Origin: Hydrolagus affinis
Taxonomy: Eukaryota
Direction of reading: 5' to 3'
Assembly (NCBI GenBank): GCA_012026655.1
Contig: JAAILG010000017.1
Span: 1 to 64,000, forward strand
Length of the DNA stretch: 64,000 nt
The position numbers were made by a program, and so were the translations under genes. This document shows, one piece after another, positions 1 through 13,500 of the stretch; the first letter of the stretch is position 1, and each line of letters starts with the position of its first letter. The notes beneath the pieces were generated by a model that was not told the DNA's origin, ran no database searches, and saw only the letters and a list, made by a program, of their open reading frames with translations.

Positions 1-3000
1 AAATCCCCACAGGATCAAGTTGCATCTCAGTTGATTTTATTCTTTCTCTCTCCCCCCCCCCCCCCCCCTCCTCCTTTATCAGCTGAAGATTTTTGTCTTG
101 CCTCCCTCTCTCCTACAGCAAGAGGTGGGGGTGGGGGGGATTTGTATGTGCAATGTACTGCAGCTGCTGCCTATTAGTGTAGCAGTTAATTGCAGTTGAG
201 TGCAAGAAGTGAGGATGGCCACAGTCGTCAACACTTTTATCATTTGCTTGTAAAATCAAATTCACCAGGAATACTTGCACACCAGTTTGGGCTTGACTGA
301 AGTTCTCTACTCTCCTCCCTTCGCAACACCCCACCCCCCCACCAACATTTGTTGTTCTTGCATCCTTACCCACTGTTTGCTAATAGTGAACGCCTCAAAG
401 AACTATTTATCAAAATGTTAACGTACTCAAAAAAGGACCATTCCTTCACTTGAGAACTTTTGCTACATTGCTATCTTGCGTAAGTTGTTTTGTCCGCAAA
501 CTATACAGTCGGTCCACTTTATGCAGTATATTCAGTGGAGTGCTTTGAGATGCCACTGTTTCAAATGCAAGTATAACAATAATAATATGCTACAATACCC
601 GTGCTTCAATGTGTGCTGAGGATTGCCTTGTCTACTCGCATACAAGTTGCAATAAAAGTGGAAATAAATCACCTTGCTACGCATAGCTAGCCGGATACAC
701 ATTTGTACTGTGTAGAAAACTTTCGGGGGAAGGAGATTGCTGTTTCCATGTAGCAACATATATCCTTTCAACGCAAGGAGAAAGAACTCTTTACAATTGA
801 AGGATAAATGTAATAAGCTTCTTATTCAGGTGACTCTGCCACACCTTTGCTGTCTCTCCCCCGATAAATGTTTGGGGCGTATATTTCATTAGTTTTTTTT
901 CCCCGAAAGGTGCAAATTTATGTCTTGTTTGCAACCGATTGACATTTACAATCTTAAGATCAAAGCTCCGGATGAAAAAATGTGGGTGGCGAATGTGTCT
1001 GCCCTCCCCCCCCCCACCACCCAACAAAACTCAATACTGGTGGATTACAAAACTTTTCGAAACATGCTGACGGAGGGAGGGCAAGATAAATCAAAGTTTG
1101 TAGGTTTCCAGAAAAAAAAATCCTACTGCCGAAAGTTCATTCCCCTTTTCAGAATTACCTGATGTAGTTTCTTTGCAAGGGTCCCTTGAAGGAAAGTGTG
1201 ATCTGGGGGCTTTTAAAGTTGGCTCAGATACATTGTGTTTACAGCAGGCGGGTGTTTTGCTTTGGACCTTGGACAGGTAGTCATTGTGGCTACCGACTGG
1301 AGGAAAAATCCCCCGAGTTGAACCGGGCTGGGTGCTCAACTTCCATTTGCCGTGCTCGCGAATGATCTTTTTTGAGTGCAGTTACAGTAGCCAATTTAGC
1401 AATAAAAATGGTAGCCACAACTCTCAAAATGGCTGCAGAATGAGAGAGTGCATGCTTAAGGAAACACACACATGGACTAAAAGGGCGCCAATTATATTAA
1501 ACTTGGAGGACGATGAGGTTTACGGCATGATTCGTTGTACAGTATACTGTGTCCCTGGTGTTCTGTCATAGCTGAGGTTCAACTAGAGCCGAGTGGGTTG
1601 CGGAATCTGCCAACATCCAGGCGTGAAAGGGCATCCTGATGATCTTCTGCCAAGCTTCCATTAAAATCCCCATTTATTCACGGGGAGGATCGAGGTTTGC
1701 ACCACAGATTGAACTGATTATCTTGAAATTTCTTTGAAAGTCTTTATGAGTGCCAATGGGGGTGAATATCTGCTTCACTGGGACAGTTTGGCTCGCTCAG
1801 AACTGCTACATTTCAACACTGTTCTGAAAGTCTTTTTTCCGATAACAGCTGATGCGAAAATTCTGCTAGTCATGGGCAGGTTTGCTGTGGATACTTACCC
1901 TTTTATAAGAAGCAATATATCCTTCCAACATTGTTAATCAATTGAGTTTTACATCATTGCCCGAGGGTCTCAACTTATGAGGTGAATGTAACGGCTGTGG
2001 AGTCTTGTTAAACGTTTTGCATTTACCATTTTAAATAAGCTTAAAAAAAATTGCTTAATGCATGGCTCATTTTTACTGTTGGGCATTCCCAGATGTTCAA
2101 ATTCTTTTTTTTAATTCTGGAATCACCTCACCCTGTGCTTTGCCCCCAGGTGGTGGGGAGTTGTGGGGGGTGAAGAAAGGTGGGTCACAAAAGAATTTGT
2201 CAAACACTCCCACTGTGGTACCTGTAGATTTGATTGAATAAATTTGTGACATTTGACTTCAGTGCTAAACACTGGCGGGAAGAAATTCTACTTGGCTCTA
2301 GATTTGCTCTTAATAACATAGCATTTCAGCTTGTCCTGAATTTGTCAAACTCTTCAAATACAAATTGGACAATACAAAGTTCAAATTATTTGACTAAAGA
2401 AAACGACCGACGGGGCTTCAAAATGATTACTGAGTACAACAATTTGCCAAACTTTGCACAGTCAGGAAATGCTACTGTAATAAGAGTTAATACAGAACAC
2501 AGATGAAATTTCAACCCATTAGATTGCTTAAAGATACTCAATACTGCCGCTAAGTGGTTCAAAGAAAATCGATCACAAATTGTAGATTGAGATCTGTTGC
2601 TGTTTAAATGAGTAAACTGCACATGAATATATTCTTATTTGCTATAGTTACCTTTATTCCAAATGGAATAATTGAAATGATGACAGAAAAGAACATGAGT
2701 AACCTCGAATGTACCAGTGTCACATAAAGTTCATCTGAGTAATGCGCATTTTATTAGTTATGCAAATCTGCGATTCTTACTAATAATTTGATCAAATTGC
2801 TGGTGCTAACCCCACTCTCTCCAGGCTTCTAATGGGTCAAAATAAATATTGTGGTTCTTTTCAATTTCAGCTCAAGCACTGTGATGCAGAATAATTACTA
2901 ACATTACAATGATGGACAGTCACCTAATAAAGCGCTTCTGGACTTTGAATAGGTTTTACTGAAATGTTCTAATTTATAAAATATTCAACTTCAGTTTTCC

Positions 3001-3566
3001 ACCCCATTTTCTCCTGTTGCTCCTTTTGTCTCCCCTGTTGGGTTCCTCCACAAGTGACAATAAATTGAGGTGCAGATCTTGTTCTGCAAGGCGCTCTTTC
3101 AATGTAATGTCGTTGTTGTTGTTGGTAGTGAGCTTTGACAAGTTTTTAACATCAAAGGCAACTGAAGTCTGTTCTGATTTGACATACAGTATCTGCATGT
3201 ATTCCAATAGGGGTTAGCGATTGAAGCACTCTGGGGACTACCCTGCACGAGGGGTATTTGTTGGGTTGAATGGTAGTAATCGAGAGTATCAACTCCCTTC
3301 CTTGGTCTCCATCGCTCGCTCCAAACCATGCATGTTGCTCGCAATTTTGAACATGTAATGCAGCACAGAAACGTGTTGTCTGGTCCAGTATGTATGGCTC
3401 CGTGCTGCATCAAGTGATGTCATTGCCCACCAGACCATCCATAAAGGTAGCCTCTATTCCTGTTTTTAAGAGCTCTTTACTTAACTTTTTCAACTCCCGC
3501 AGTATATGAGTAAACTGAAAGGTTACATTTCGTAAGTGTGGTACGGCTTGGAATAATCAGGCAACT

Positions 3567-3675
3567 TTAATAATAATAATAACAACCCTTGCATTTGTTA
3601 CAACGCTTTTCACGTCTCAAAGCTCTTCACAGAATATACTGTAAAGTGAACTGACTATGTTTGTGGGCAAAACTT
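3567..3675 (-). mobile_element. 5'-truncated SINE tail (representative of about 25 such fragments)
   Basis: (AAT)n-ccttgcatttg...cgtctcaaagctcttcacagaatatactgtaaagtgaa. Similar fragments start near 5105+, 12340-, 13468-, 13845+, 14330+, 33320-, 33600+, 36063-, 38795-, 39585+, 40770+, 41360-, 42980-, 45840-, 49280+, 53715+, 54765+, 56805+, 60880+, 62370- (approximate). Confidence 0.85.
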
Positions 3676-6231
3676 TTGGATCTATGGTTTGTTCCCAAAG
3701 CTTTCCACTCTGTTGTAGACTAATCCATACAGAGTTAATTGCTATCAGCATCTCCATTATTGTTGCATGAAACAATCAGGATGGTGGAAGGCAAACTAGA
3801 TGGATCTTGATTTTTTTTTGTCTAGCAATTCCTATGTTCCCACCATCCATTTTGGAAAGATTTTTTTCATTAGCCAAAAGCAGGGTTTACAGGCAGCACA
3901 CAGTGATTAACAGGCCTGCATTGTAGATCTGCCTAGTCAGCTACTGATGTAAATTTCACATTGAAACATGGAAACTACAGCTTTGAATGTGGGTACTCTG
4001 CTTGGTAGCAGGTCTTGTGGAGTTATTCACTCGAGTTATTCTTCGAGGCAGGTGAACCTATCCATTGGTAATTTATTAAGGATTATAATAATCGTGCATT
4101 TGATATAGGGATTTATCATGTTGAAACGTTTCATTTAGAAAGAGTAGTGGCTGTATTTGTAAGAAGATTTGGCAGTCAGTTTTCACACAGAAATATCGTA
4201 TAAACAGCCATGATGTAAATAACTTTTTTGTATCTTTGGGATAAAATAGCTAGGTCCCCAAGGGAAACTCCCCTCTCTTTTTCGAATCACACCAAGGGAT
4301 TTTTTAACATCCACCTGAACAGGCAGATTATTGGACCTTGGTATAATGTTTCAACTAAACTCTGATATTGCAGCACTGTTAATAATAAGATTTTTTTTTT
4401 GCATTTAATATATTAAAGCTATCATGGCATCTAAGCCAAACATTAAAATACGGTGAGTGGAATTACTGAAGATCTGTGTTTGTTAGACTTTGTGAGTGGG
4501 AATATTTTCCTTGCTTTCAGATTGCTCCTTATTTAGAAAACATTTTTATGTTGGTTACAGTCCCGCTGTCACCTATTGATTTGTGCTTACCCGTGACTTA
4601 ACTAACCTCAAATGTTGGTTTAAGTTGTCTGTGTTATAAATATACTTGAGACATTTGTAGCAGTAGGACTTCTTCACAACAGAAAAGTTGAAACTGAAAA
4701 AGCAAATTCATTCGACAAGTGTTTCTGATCACTTCATCAAAATTAGTGACTGCCTTGCTCTCGTGTGCATGTGATGAGAGGGTGATGTCTTTTTCTGTAA
4801 AGGGGGATTATCAGTAATGACGCCCCTCCCTCCCCTCCCCTTCATTTGTATTGTGCTTTTTGACCTCTGTTAATTCTGATTTCTAATGCAGTGCTATTTT
4901 TCTCTCTTTTTTAAAAAAAAAGCAGTTTCTCCACATTATGCGGGTAATGTGTACAAAGAAGCATTTTGTGGACCCACCCCACAAAACAATGCTATTTGCT
5001 ATCAATTCCTTTCTCGCCTGGAGGGCAATTAGCAGCTCTGGAGTTACCAAAAGGGATGACAATGATGTAATCAGGCAGTGAGTCGTATATTGCATTTACC
5101 TTCATAAATGTTTCGCCCACAAAATACAGTCAGTCCACTTTACAATCTATTCTGTGGACGTCTGAATGACGTGATAATGCTCTATATTTAGTGCAAGGAA
5201 TATTATTATGGCTGATTTTTTTTTGCCAGTATCATTCCCTTTTTTTTGCTGCAGTACAGTTCCATAGGTTCTGTGATATGCCAGTGTGAATAATTCTGAA
5301 TGTCAGCTAACTAACTGAGCACAGAATACGGTTTCAACCTGCAACTTGAGCTTTCTCTGTACAGGCAAGAGCTCCTTTAACTACTAAACTCTTAGGCAAG
5401 AAAACCTTTTTTTTTTAAAAAAAGCAAAATAAGGAAATTCTGGAGGCTGGGAATAGAGAGGAACGCATAAGCTATCCTGAGTCTTCTAAAGAATTCAAAC
5501 TGATTGTAAAAGATTCCTCAACATTGAACTGTAAACAGATTAAGTGTAAATCTTGTTTTTAAACAAGTTTATGTGTCATCTGACATCAACTCCTAGACTT
5601 TGTTATAGAAGCGAAGAACTTGAGAAGATTAGATTGAATAAAAGGTTTTCCTTGTATTACACCCATATCTGCTTTGACAGTCTCTAATGCTGTGCAAATT
5701 AACTTTTGAAGCGCGCCTGTACTGTTGTTTTTTTTAAAAAAACTATTTGTCCTATCCCTGCTGAAAGGCAAGAGAAACACATATCTTGAGAGCAGCTGGA
5801 ATTTTTGTTTTGTAGATTTTTGTAAGAAAATATACTGTAATATATACCTAATATACTTTATTAAGAAACAGATCGGTTTAAATTTGTCAGCAATCTGTTG
5901 TGATTGGGAACAAAAGTGCGATTATAAACGGACTGTATTTCAGTCTTTCACACTTCTAACTGGCTCAGTGAAACGAAGAGATGCTGGGAAATATGGAGTG
6001 CAAATGTTTTTCTAAAAAGATTCTGGGTTTGTAAAGTTTCCAATGGCAATAACCAACTCCACAATTTATCTGTGTCTTGGGATGCAATTTTTGCCTCGAA
6101 TCCAAGCCATGTTGTGTATTTAAACCACAGTAAGTGCACGCCTTGTTCGATATGGTGGTAAAGCTTCAGTGTCTGGTACCATGCTACCGAATGGAGCATC
6201 CCAGTTGTGGGTGGCAACTATATTTCATTTT

Positions 6232-6547
6232 GTGGAGTCCTGTAGCTCAGAGTCCTGTTAGAGCACTCGCCTTACAAGCGAAAGACCTGGGTTCGATTCC
6301 TGGCAGGCGGGAAACCTTGGGTAAGTTTCCTTACTCCACACAACTAATAATAATCCCTTCAAAAAAAAGTAATGAATTGCTCATTCCAATCCACGACTGT
6401 TTGTGGGAGACTGCTGTGTGCAATGGGCTGCCATGTTTTGCCCACAAATATACAGTCAATTCACTTTACAGTATATTCTGTGAAGCACTTTGAGACTTCT
6501 AGAAGACGTGAAAAGTGCTATATCAAATGTAACGATTATTATTATTT
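6232..6547 (+). mobile_element. Full-length tRNA-derived SINE, short subfamily
   Basis: A-box-like gtagctcag, B box ggttcgattcc, body accttgggtaagtttccttactcc, tail gtgaagcactttgagac...tatatcaaatg-(ATT)n shared with many copies. Confidence 0.9.
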
Positions 6548-7162
6548 CTAATGGAGCATTAGACTTTCTCGTACCCTGCTCTTGTGAAGGGCTCACTCGG
6601 GCTGGTGTATGGTCCAAGGGTGCAAATGGGCCTTCAGCGTCTCAACTCAAGTGGCCATGGGCAAGTGCAGACTTGCTCAGGCAATTTGAGCCCAAATAAA
6701 TTGACATACCAGCTTGTTAGCAGTGTAAATGGAGGCAGTGATCAGCAGTGGTACCCTGCTTCTTTCTCTTTTCCCTCCTGCGCACAGCACTGAGCTTGGG
6801 AGGGGAATTTGTGTTTTTGTTTCCTACCAATCTTGAGATCAACTTAGCACTGACCTGACCAAAGATTTAATGGGAAGCGTCCCTAGTTTTGCGTGGTTCA
6901 ATAGCACAAGATTGGTGTGTTTACTTAGTGCACCATTGGGGCCAGACTGAGGATGGTATGTACATGTTGTAAAATTTACTGTGTTCCTCAGTCCTGATTG
7001 TCGTCTTTGTAACGTGTCAGGAAGTAGCTTCCCAGAGCAGAGCATTTCCTGTTTTAATTTCTTATTTGTTTCAAATATCCCAGCAGTCTTGTTAAGAATG
7101 ATTTCTCTTTGTCCTCTAATGCAAGGTTCCTTGGATCTGCTTTCTACATTGCAGCCTCACTC

Positions 7163-7540
7163 GTGGCGTCCTGTAGCTCAGTGGTTAGAGCATTCATCTC
7201 GCACGTCTAGAGGACCCGGGTTCGATTCCCGGGCAGGGAGAAACAATGAGCAAGTTTACTTATCCACAAACACCTCTATTTACCTAGCAGTAAGTAGGAG
7301 CTCAGTTGTTGGCCGATTGGCGGATCGCTTTTCCGGGGCGTGGAAATCCATTCAAAAAACAATTTGGTCACTCAATCCACGACTGTTTGTTGAATACTGC
7401 TGTGAGCAATTGGCAATTGCTGTGAACATTTCGCCCAGAAAATAAACAGTCAATTCATTTTACAGTATATTCTGTGAAGCGCTTTGAGACGTCTCAGACG
7501 TGATAAGGCGCTGTACCAAATCAAATGCAAGGATTATTAC
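7163..7540 (+). mobile_element. Full-length tRNA-derived SINE, long subfamily
   Basis: tagctcagtggttagagc, ggttcgattccc, extra internal segment cctctatttacctagcagtaagtagga, same L2-type tail. Confidence 0.9.
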
Positions 7541-10500
7541 TACAGTATTATACTTTTTGTGGACTGCACTTATAACAGCTCCATACAAGTCCCATTTCCT
7601 AATTGGATCAGTGAATTGTGTGATTGTGGCTGCAGTGAATGTGTTTGAAAGAATTGAGCACTACAGTATTTTCAAAGTCAAAAGAGCTCAGTATTCAAGA
7701 TGTTAAATTGTCGACTGTGCGAAATGTTGTATTGATATTCTGCTTCTGTGGTTGAAAGAAAGAAGCTGCGTGGATTGATCCAGTGTCTGTTTGCCTTACT
7801 TGGTACTTTTTTACTAAACTGGCTGACAGTACAATCCTCGAAAGATGGTTGCTTTCTGTGTATTTTAATGCAAAATTCATATATTTCTACATTACATATT
7901 TTATGTATTCTTGAAGACGTGTTACGGTGTCATATCAAATGCAAGGATGGTCCATTAATTAGTTGGGGCAAAACCTGTAAATTCCATTTGTTGGAATTGG
8001 AAAATTCCCAAAGAAAGATCTGGGAGCCTTTCTTTTGAAAGGTAATTATGTAGCCTGGGTTTTAATATTAGCCTTGGTTTTCACACTTTGCCTATGAAAT
8101 CTTGGTCTGTAAATGCCCAGGCAAACCAGCTAGGGTTTTAACGCATTGGCATTTGTTTCATTTGAATCTACAGTATTGCAGGAATATATTGGCAGGCAAA
8201 ACCACTCATGCGGTTGCTGTATTTTCTTGCTTGACTAGCTTTTGTTTCTGAGTCACTGCCACCCTCCTCTCTTCCCACCCCCCAGCCCCGTTGGCCAGGG
8301 CACTGACGTTGTCATGAAGCTGCTGATGTAACCTTTGCCTTCTTGGGCCCACTGGGTAGCAAGTTGATGTCAAGCTAACAATTAGGGCTTGCGAGCAATT
8401 GACCTTGGCAGCAGGGTTTTGCGTTGTTTAGTTTACTGTTAACACCGAGGTAGTGTTAAACATGACTTGGAGTAGCCTGTTTTACCAACCAAAGCTTATT
8501 GGAAGATGTGTCCGGGCATCGGCAGTGTTTCCCGTTAGCGTGCAGTTTCTCTCGTTGGAATAATCACGGGATATTTTTTCTTGGGAAGACTAGAATGGGA
8601 AATGTATGACTTGCATTGTCTCTCAGGTTCCCTTTTGGAAGCTTCATTTTCTGGACTGCTTTTTAACCTCTTTTGGCATTAGTTCTCGGTGGCTTGAGAG
8701 CAAATGCTGGTTGTTTTCATCAGACTTCAGACTTGAAACCAACACTCTATCGAGAGTTTTGCAGAGATGGGCTGCATTATTGTAATTTTTGCTGATGTAT
8801 CATTAACTTGCACCAAGGACATATAGTTTAAATTGGGATTATGCAAACTGCACAGGACAACCAAAGAGCGAGATGAGTTTTAGACCTTAGCCCCCCAAGA
8901 TTAAAAAGTGTGAGAAATGCAACAACTTTAATTTTTAACCTTTCAAGGACTGTAGAAGAATTTTTCTTTGCAGAGATCAGATCTGCTTTGTTAAAGCCTT
9001 TTCAGAATATTAGGGATAAAAGGATTTGGTCGTGTAGGTTTACTCAATATTTTAGAATCGTATTACATGTGGCATGTGTGATAATCTATTCTTTTGCAAA
9101 AACATTGAGGTTTTTTTTATTTGCAAATACTGAGTTTCAAAGCAAGAGCAACCAAATACCCTTTTTTTACTTCCATTTAAAAACCTTATGGAACAAACTG
9201 ACGCTGAAAGTTGAGTCTTGGCTAAAATGTGTGTGTTGTTAGCTTCACTTGTGAAGGAAATGAAAATACATCTTCCAGCAATTTATGGGAACTGGTGTAA
9301 ATTGAAGGGAATGAGGGAGAGGGTGTTAAGTGTTGTGCTTTTCTAATGTTGTGGTATTTATTCTTAACATTCCCGTGCATTAGTTCTTGTATGCATGATC
9401 CTGATACTTCTGTGCTTAAGAGTATTTGGGAATAGAATAGGGGATTTTTTTTCTTTTTTTGCCTGTGAGTGAAACAGTTATTTTTCACTGAATCACTTGT
9501 AAAAATATTTTCAATGGACTCCACGGTAGATACAAATGGTTTGTGAAAACAGCAACTGGTGTGTAAACATATTTATAACTTATTTTTTAACTTTAAGCCT
9601 CATGCTTCTGTTTGCACTATCTTATCTTTTTCTCAAAACAACCACTGTATCAAATGATTACCTTATTTTTAAGGTTAGTACTTTTTATTTGTGCGCGCGT
9701 GTGTGTGTGTGTTTCCTTTTGTGATTTGAGCTTTGTTCCCACATCGGCAGTGCCTACCTTACCTGTGAACACTTTTGTGGTATTTGCTTGACTTGAGTGC
9801 CCTCCTGTGTTTAATCTTTCACGTTGCAGTCATTGCATCGCTGGTACTCCCATGAAACAGATGTTTATCAGTATGATAGCTTTCAGCATTCTGCCCCCAG
9901 CAGGTAACTCAGTCTGTCCGCTTAAGGAGATTAGTCATGCTATTTGCTAGGATGCTTCCACATTTTTAAACCATCTTACAATTTAATGATCACATTTTTT
10001 TTAATGTCAGATTTGGAAGTTTTTAAGCAATTAATCAGCTTTACCAAACTGGATTGAGTTTGGTAAGTGGCACGTTAAATGATTTTCATAATCTGTAAAC
10101 TAAATGGTAATGTACTTTGGTTTTTAACCAGGTTTTTGCATAAACTGTTCCTGGTCATTCTGAGACCAGAGATAGGGGTTAGGTCTATCATGTATTATGG
10201 ATGGAATTTGGATTACTTCAAGGTAAAAGGATAGTGTGAACAGAGTGAGGGTTTCAGATTGAAGAGTTTTACATTATGTTTGCCTGAAGTGGCTCTTGGA
10301 TTTATTCAATGGTCTCTAGGCATTCACTCTTTCTATCTGCTGTACTAATCGGTCTTTTATGCAATATTAATAAACCCTTTTTTTAATGGGCTACATTTCT
10401 TTTTAAAAAAGAAAGTGGCTGCAAATCCCAAACTATATTTTTTTAACTAGTGAGTTTTTTTGGGGGGGTTGGGGGATGGAGGGGTGACTTTCCTCTTCAA

Positions 10501-13500
10501 TTTCAATTGCTTTTGTTCAAGTGGAAAGAAAAGGTTTTATGAGCTGTCATAGCAACCCATCTCCATGCTGTATTCCCTCCCCCCTTCTTGCTGGAACTTC
10601 TCCCCTTCGCTGAAGATGTTTGACTCTCCCCTCCCCCCCCATCCACCCTTTCTACAGAGGTATGGTTCGAAGTGACTATTGTTCCAGTGTGACTCTTGTC
10701 AAACTACATGATTACTGGGTTCAGTAGTTTTATCAGCTTATGAGAAACAAACTGATTCCTACCTCAATTTCAACTTGCAATACAGTTGCACTAAGACAGG
10801 CTGCTGATCCATCTTTAGTGTTAAAAGTTAAAGTTTAGGGTGATGGAATGGGAGGTGAAATAGTGTCCTTTCATTTTTATAAGGCGGTTAGGGTCCAGTT
10901 AATTGCCACCCAGCTAATCTAAAGCAAAAGGTTATGGGTTATTTAGGTTGGGGGAGGGGAGAGGCTGTGGCTTTCTTCTGGCATGTTTCAGTGGGAATTG
11001 CAGCTGCTTCCATGCATCAAATGTATAACCCTGTTCCGTTAAGGGATTTGGACTTTGCTTTATTGTCTTAGTACTTAACAACCTCTATGATCTTGTTAGA
11101 ATTCTGAATCGTAGATGGTCATAATGCTGACTGATACTGTATCTCATAGTAACTGGTTCTTTAAGGATTTGGAGAGTTGGTATCTACGCACTAAACATCT
11201 TTAATTAAAGTATTTGATTGATAAATTTAAAAAGTGTGATTTATGTACATTTGATTTTTTTTGCTATTTCAACACCCCACTTTTAGTTCTGAACTTCTCT
11301 CCCCACCCCCCACCCCCCCAAAATATACCAAGACAACTTTCTTATGTGATCTGCTCCCATTCTTTTAAATTGCAGGTTTATGCTATCGCAAGGGTTTCAA
11401 TACTGTTGATTTGTACATCATTTTTAATTGTCTTGTTAGTCCACTGAGTGTAATGCCTCTCTCCTCTCTTTGTGTGATGTTTTTTTTCGTTGGAAGCAGT
11501 AATGCTTTCTTTTTTTGTCTTAATACCATTTGGCAACAGTTGGATCTCAATTCCCTGCTGAGCTGGGTGCATTCTCAACATTTATTGGATTACAGGATGG
11601 TTGGAGATTACATTCTTGGAATTCTAGGATCTAGATAAAAGAATGGGGGGGTGGGGTGGGGGGATAGAGAGACAATGAGGTTGAAAAGTTTTTATAAAAA
11701 AACAATGACTTGGAGTGTTACCGTGTGGTTTCTATCTTATGTGATCAGATCCAGCACTTTTGGTGTGAGGTAGGCTGATTTGGTACTAGTTTTTTTTAAA
11801 GAAATTATCTTAAAAGCTATAAGTGTTTTTTTATTGTTGGAAATCTGCACTGTGGGTTCGTTGTTTAAAGATAGGTATGCTCTTCAAGTTTCTGAAAGCA
11901 ACCTGTATTATTAGAGGATGTTTGACCTCTGTGTTCAGTGGAGCATGAAACACTCATCAGTGGGTGCTGTCTCTGCTATTCTGAATCATACAAAACCTTT
12001 TCTTTTATAACTGCACAGAGTGCTCCATCCAGTTGTGGGATATTTTTAATTGCTGGCTTGAATGCAATAGGTAGATGTCGTCAAGGTTTTTTTTAAAAAA
12101 CAACTCTTGAGTTACTGCTGGTTGATCCACAACTAATCTTGCTAGCGACTGTGACCTAATGTGAGAGTTTAGATATTGTTTGTTAGCTCACGTGTACAAA
12201 AGCTAAAGAGTATTTACCTTGCACTGGTGTTCTGAGATATTCACTTTAATTTTTTTTCGAAAAATAACCAACTTTTTAAAAAATAAAGCAGCATTTCCAT
12301 GTTTTATCTTGATCACATCATAATGATCATATAATAAAACTAATATTTGCGTTTGATATAGTGCCTTATCACATCATTGAGACATCTCAAAGCACGTCAC
12401 AGAATATACTGTAAAATGAATTAACTGAATGAACCATACTTATTATTTATTTTAAAATTCAAATCAAACTCTAGTTTAGTGAGGGTAAGCCTGTGTGACT
12501 GAATGTGGTGGATTGTTGGGTTACTGTACGAGCCAGAATATCTGCTCTACTTAACAGTTTTCGAATCAATGAATTGCGTTAATTTATTTGACCTTATCTG
12601 AGAAATCGGAGCCAACAGGGACATGAGCAGTGGCCTTCAGTGAGGGTAAAACACTGATTGCAATCTGCAGGAAGTCCAGAGAGCCTCACTAATGAGGCAA
12701 AGACAACTGTTTCTTCTCAGGCTTTTAACTGGCGTACAGTGTTCAACTGCATTCCTTTCGACTCCTTATTTGTGTAGTGGTTAGTATACAGGGAGCTGAA
12801 GGTCTAACTACAGACTTTCTTATTACTGTATCATTATTAGCATTACTACAGGAGAATTCAAGAGAGGTGGGCAACTTCTGCCCTGCATGCATGAGTGGGG
12901 CGTCTTAGCAATGTGGGGGTGTCTAGCAATGGGCCACAGCTCTCTTGTTAACTTGAATGGTGTAGTGCTTCTGTCAATATTGGGAGACACTGGGAAGGGG
13001 TCGGAGAGGTTAAGGAATGCTGGCATAGTTGCAGCTGCATTATTTTACATATAAATGGCTGCCTTAACTTTCATGAGAGGTGCACCTGCCTATTCAGCGT
13101 GTGTTGCTGCGCGCTTGTAAGGCCAGCTATCTGAGGATGGTGATGATGCTCTGCAGCCCATGAATTAACCATTTAGATGGGGGAATCCTCTTTGTTGATT
13201 TAGCAGAGGGGGAAAAAAAGGAAAATGTCAGTTGTTGAGAACAAGAAATCCTCTGAAAGAGGTGTGACCCTTCAACAAACCCTTCTACTCGTGTCGGCTA
13301 GTGAAATCGGTGTGTTAAGCTGTGTTCTTGAGTTAGCAGGTATGCTAACATGTCTTTGCTTTAGTAGTTTGTGTGTTTGCGTGACTTAAGAGTTGCAAAG
13401 GTACTTACATTAACTCATTGTCACTCTGCCCCATTGCTCTATGGAAGGGCAGTATATAAGGATAAAAATAATTCTAATCCTTGCATCTGATATAGCATCT

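Noticed and set aside
70-125. Weak similarity between 70-125 and 10600-10660 (gctgaagat...ctacag)
   Set aside because: Too short and low-complexity to support a duplication or exon.
2677-2738. Possible C/D box snoRNA (ATGATGA ... CTGA)
   Set aside because: No terminal stem and no recognisable guide complementarity; such short motifs are common by chance.
6981-7445. Recurrent peptide motifs (PVAQWLEHSPYK, FAHKYTVNSL) in many ORFs
   Set aside because: These are translations of SINE copies, not a gene family.
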